Assembly (NCBI GenBank): GCA_019057635.1
Contig: DXJL01000156.1
Location: 1-64,000, forward strand
Reading direction: 5' to 3'
Origin: Candidatus Heimdallarchaeota archaeon
GTDB taxonomy: Archaea; Asgardarchaeota; Heimdallarchaeia; Hodarchaeales; Hodarchaeaceae
Length of the DNA stretch: 64,000 bases
The notes under the pieces were generated by a model. That model was not told where the DNA came from, did no database searches, and worked only from the letters and a program-made list of their open reading frames with translations. Within the stretch, counting starts at the first letter, position 1. Every line of letters begins with the position of its first letter. Made by a program: the position numbers and the translations under genes. This document shows positions 61,753-64,000 of this stretch, in pieces.

Positions 61753-62463
61753 ATGGTCGAAACAATATATCTTACCGATATGTACCAAAAAGAGTTTGAA
61801 GCGGAAGTTATTTCTGTAACTGATGATAAATTCATTGTACTTGATCAAACAGCCTTTTATCCTAAGTCGGGAGGAGTTGCTAATGATGAAGGCCACCTTA
61901 TCCGTGACAATGATGAGTTTAATGTTGTTTATGTAGGCAAATTTAGTGGTAAAATTTCTCATGAAGTAGATAAGCCAGGTTTAAAAGTGGGTGATAAAAT
62001 AATTGGAAAATTAGATTGGGATCGCCGTTACACATTGATGCGATATCACACAGCTGCCCATGTAATATCTGGCGCTTTTTATCATAATTTAAATGCTAAA
62101 ATAACTGGGAATGAGATTTCAATTGACCAAGGAAGAGTGGATTTTAATTTGGAAAACTTTGACCGAGCACTTATCGAAAAAGAAGTTAACAATTCGAACA
62201 TAATAATTTCCAAAGATCATTCTGTTGAAGTGTATTCTCTTGATAGGAAGGATGTTGAGTCAGATCCTGATCTAACGAAACTAGCAATGGGTTTACCTAA
62301 AAATATTCAAAAATTAAGAATTGTTGATATCAAAAATTTTGACAGACAACCTGATGGCGGGTGTCATGTCAGATCGCTAAAGGAAATAGGTAATATAAAG
62401 ATTAAAAAACTTGTGAATAAAGGAAAAAATAATAGACGTTTATATTTCACAATCGAATCTTAA
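61753..62463 (+). CDS. alaX: Alanyl-tRNA editing protein AlaX-M
   Basis: LDQTAFYP.SGG, MRYHTAAH, GGCHV. Confidence 0.93.
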   Translation: MVETIYLTDMYQKEFEAEVISVTDDKFIVLDQTAFYPKSGGVANDEGHLIRDNDEFNVVYVGKFSGKISHEVDKPGLKVGDKIIGKLDWDRRYTLMRYHTAAHVISGAFYHNLNAKITGNEISIDQGRVDFNLENFDRALIEKEVNNSNIIISKDHSVEVYSLDRKDVESDPDLTKLAMGLPKNIQKLRIVDIKNFDRQPDGGCHVRSLKEIGNIKIKKLVNKGKNNRRLYFTIES

Positions 62464-62475
62464 AGGTGAAAAAAA

Positions 62476-63831
62476 ATGGAAATAGTAGTCATAGGAGGAA
62501 ATGCTGCTGGCTTAAGTGCAGCTAGTGCTATCAGGAGAATACACCACGATTGGCAGATCGATGTATATGAAAAAGATCAATATATCTCATTCGGTTCGTG
62601 CGGTATCCCGTACTATGTTTCAGAAACCGTTGAAAATCTTCATAGTTTAATCACTCTCACGCCTGAAATAGTTGAGAAGAAAAGAAAAATACCCGTTCAT
62701 TTGATGAACGAGGTAATTGATGTTGATTTTAACTCAAAAACCTTAACAATTTTAGATAAGAATACAAAATCTCAGTATAATCGTTCTTATAAAATACTAA
62801 TTATCGCTACTGGAGCACACGCAACCTCCTCCCCAGAATTAAATCTTGAACATGAACGAATATTTTTCGTACATAATCTTAGTCATGCTGAAAAATTAAG
62901 AACTTTCTTGAAGACCCCTAACCATAAAATTCAATCTGTGGCCATAATCGGAGCAGGATACATAGGATTAGAGATGTTGGAAGCATATAAAGCACAAGGC
63001 ATTAATGATATTACGATTATTGGGCCTCGTCTTGTTTTTCGATCACAAAGCCAAGAATATTTACTTAAAGAGCTGAAATCTCATGAGATTAAGGCTATCC
63101 TTGGGAAAAGAGTAAGTCAACTAGAAGGTCTATCAAAGGACAGAATTAAAATTTATCTTGATGATCATTCCTCAATAGAAACAGATTTATTACAAATTTC
63201 CATAGGTGTTTCACCTGCAACTGACATCTTTATGAATAAAGGGTTACACATGCTGTCAAATGGGGCAATCTTAACAGATGAATATATGAAAACTAATATT
63301 TCTGATGTTTATGCAGCTGGTGATTGTATTGCATCATACCACCAAATTTTGAAACAACATGTATATTATCCTTTAGCGCCTGCTGCAAATAAACAGGGAC
63401 GTTTAGCTGGATCAATAATTGCTGGGAAAGAAGTTAGCCCTTATCCGGGTATCGTCGGAACTTCAATCTTTAAAGTTCTTGATCTTTATTGCGCGAGAAC
63501 TGGAATTTCATTAGAACAGGCTGTAGAAATGGGTTTTGATGCAGAATCTATACTGATTGAAAATAATGAGATTGCTCATTATATGGGTACAAAGAAGATG
63601 TCAGTCTTTTTGGTTTTCGACCCTAAAAGTCATCTTCTATTGGGAGCGGAAATAACTGCTCCTACTGCGCTTGGTGCAAAAAAAATTGATACCTTGGCCA
63701 CAGCTTTGTCTGCAAAGATGAAAATTGAGGATGTTCAGTCATTAGATTTGGCTTATGCTCCTCCATTCGCCCCAGTTTGGGATCCAATTTTAGTAGCCGC
63801 TAATATCGCAAGTAAGAAGCTAGCAAAATGA
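62476..63831 (+). CDS. CoA-disulfide reductase / NADH oxidase family flavoprotein
   Basis: GGNAAG, redox Cys in SFGSCGIPY, GAGYIG, YAAGD, LAYAPPF. Confidence 0.9.
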   Translation: MEIVVIGGNAAGLSAASAIRRIHHDWQIDVYEKDQYISFGSCGIPYYVSETVENLHSLITLTPEIVEKKRKIPVHLMNEVIDVDFNSKTLTILDKNTKSQYNRSYKILIIATGAHATSSPELNLEHERIFFVHNLSHAEKLRTFLKTPNHKIQSVAIIGAGYIGLEMLEAYKAQGINDITIIGPRLVFRSQSQEYLLKELKSHEIKAILGKRVSQLEGLSKDRIKIYLDDHSSIETDLLQISIGVSPATDIFMNKGLHMLSNGAILTDEYMKTNISDVYAAGDCIASYHQILKQHVYYPLAPAANKQGRLAGSIIAGKEVSPYPGIVGTSIFKVLDLYCARTGISLEQAVEMGFDAESILIENNEIAHYMGTKKMSVFLVFDPKSHLLLGAEITAPTALGAKKIDTLATALSAKMKIEDVQSLDLAYAPPFAPVWDPILVAANIASKKLAK

Positions 63832-64000
63832 GAATATTATAATCTTAGATAAATAATTAAGTTTCTTAGTCAGGAATTCATTCACAGTAACATTTGAAGA
63901 CAAGATCAGTTTTTTAATTTGCCACAATCATTTTACTTAAGAATGCTAATGTTTAAGGAAGTACATAATTCATTTTATGGGTCCACCTGAATCGATTGTT

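Noticed and set aside
964-61962. Numerous 60-110 aa ORFs nested in or antisense to long genes (e.g. 964-1179, 18075-18392, 45273-45590, 54373-54705)
   Set aside because: Shadow ORFs overlapping well-supported genes, with no motifs of their own.
1-64000. CRISPR arrays, tRNA or rRNA genes
   Set aside because: No regularly spaced repeats or GC-rich structured RNA genes were seen by eye; a tRNAscan or Infernal run would be needed to exclude them formally.

Overview
AT-rich archaeal chromosomal window, most likely from an Asgard archaeon. This is inferred from a profilin, a roadblock-like protein, TFB and A-type ATPase subunits occurring alongside bacterial-type MetK and PfkA. Most of the window is housekeeping and metabolic: ppsA, A/V-ATPase I-C-K, a xanthine-dehydrogenase-family molybdoenzyme, OFOR alpha/beta, an ino1 lipid operon, tfb, hflX, pfk, mtnP, metK, copA, alaX and CoA-disulfide reductase. 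The main candidates for new biology are five. (1) A transposase-less TnpB element (54330-55742) with a rearranged, Fanzor-type RuvC, ~20-bp imperfect terminal inverted repeats and flanking CATG direct repeats. A 353-bp internally deleted copy (41-393) keeps a structurally conserved omegaRNA-like end and interrupts a gene at CATG. (2) A DNA-modification island (24.9-32.7 kb) with two TGT/DpdA-like genes around a DUF6884-like gene, flanked by orphan methyltransferases. One of these is a single-chain inactive+active beta-class tandem. (3) A BpsA-AdoMet decarboxylase fusion inside a lipid operon. (4) A second cluster of four orphan MTases. (5) A copper regulator interrupted by an in-frame TAG, and several degenerate pseudo-enzymes. 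No rRNA, tRNA or CRISPR array was recognised. All family calls come from motif reading by eye, not database searches.
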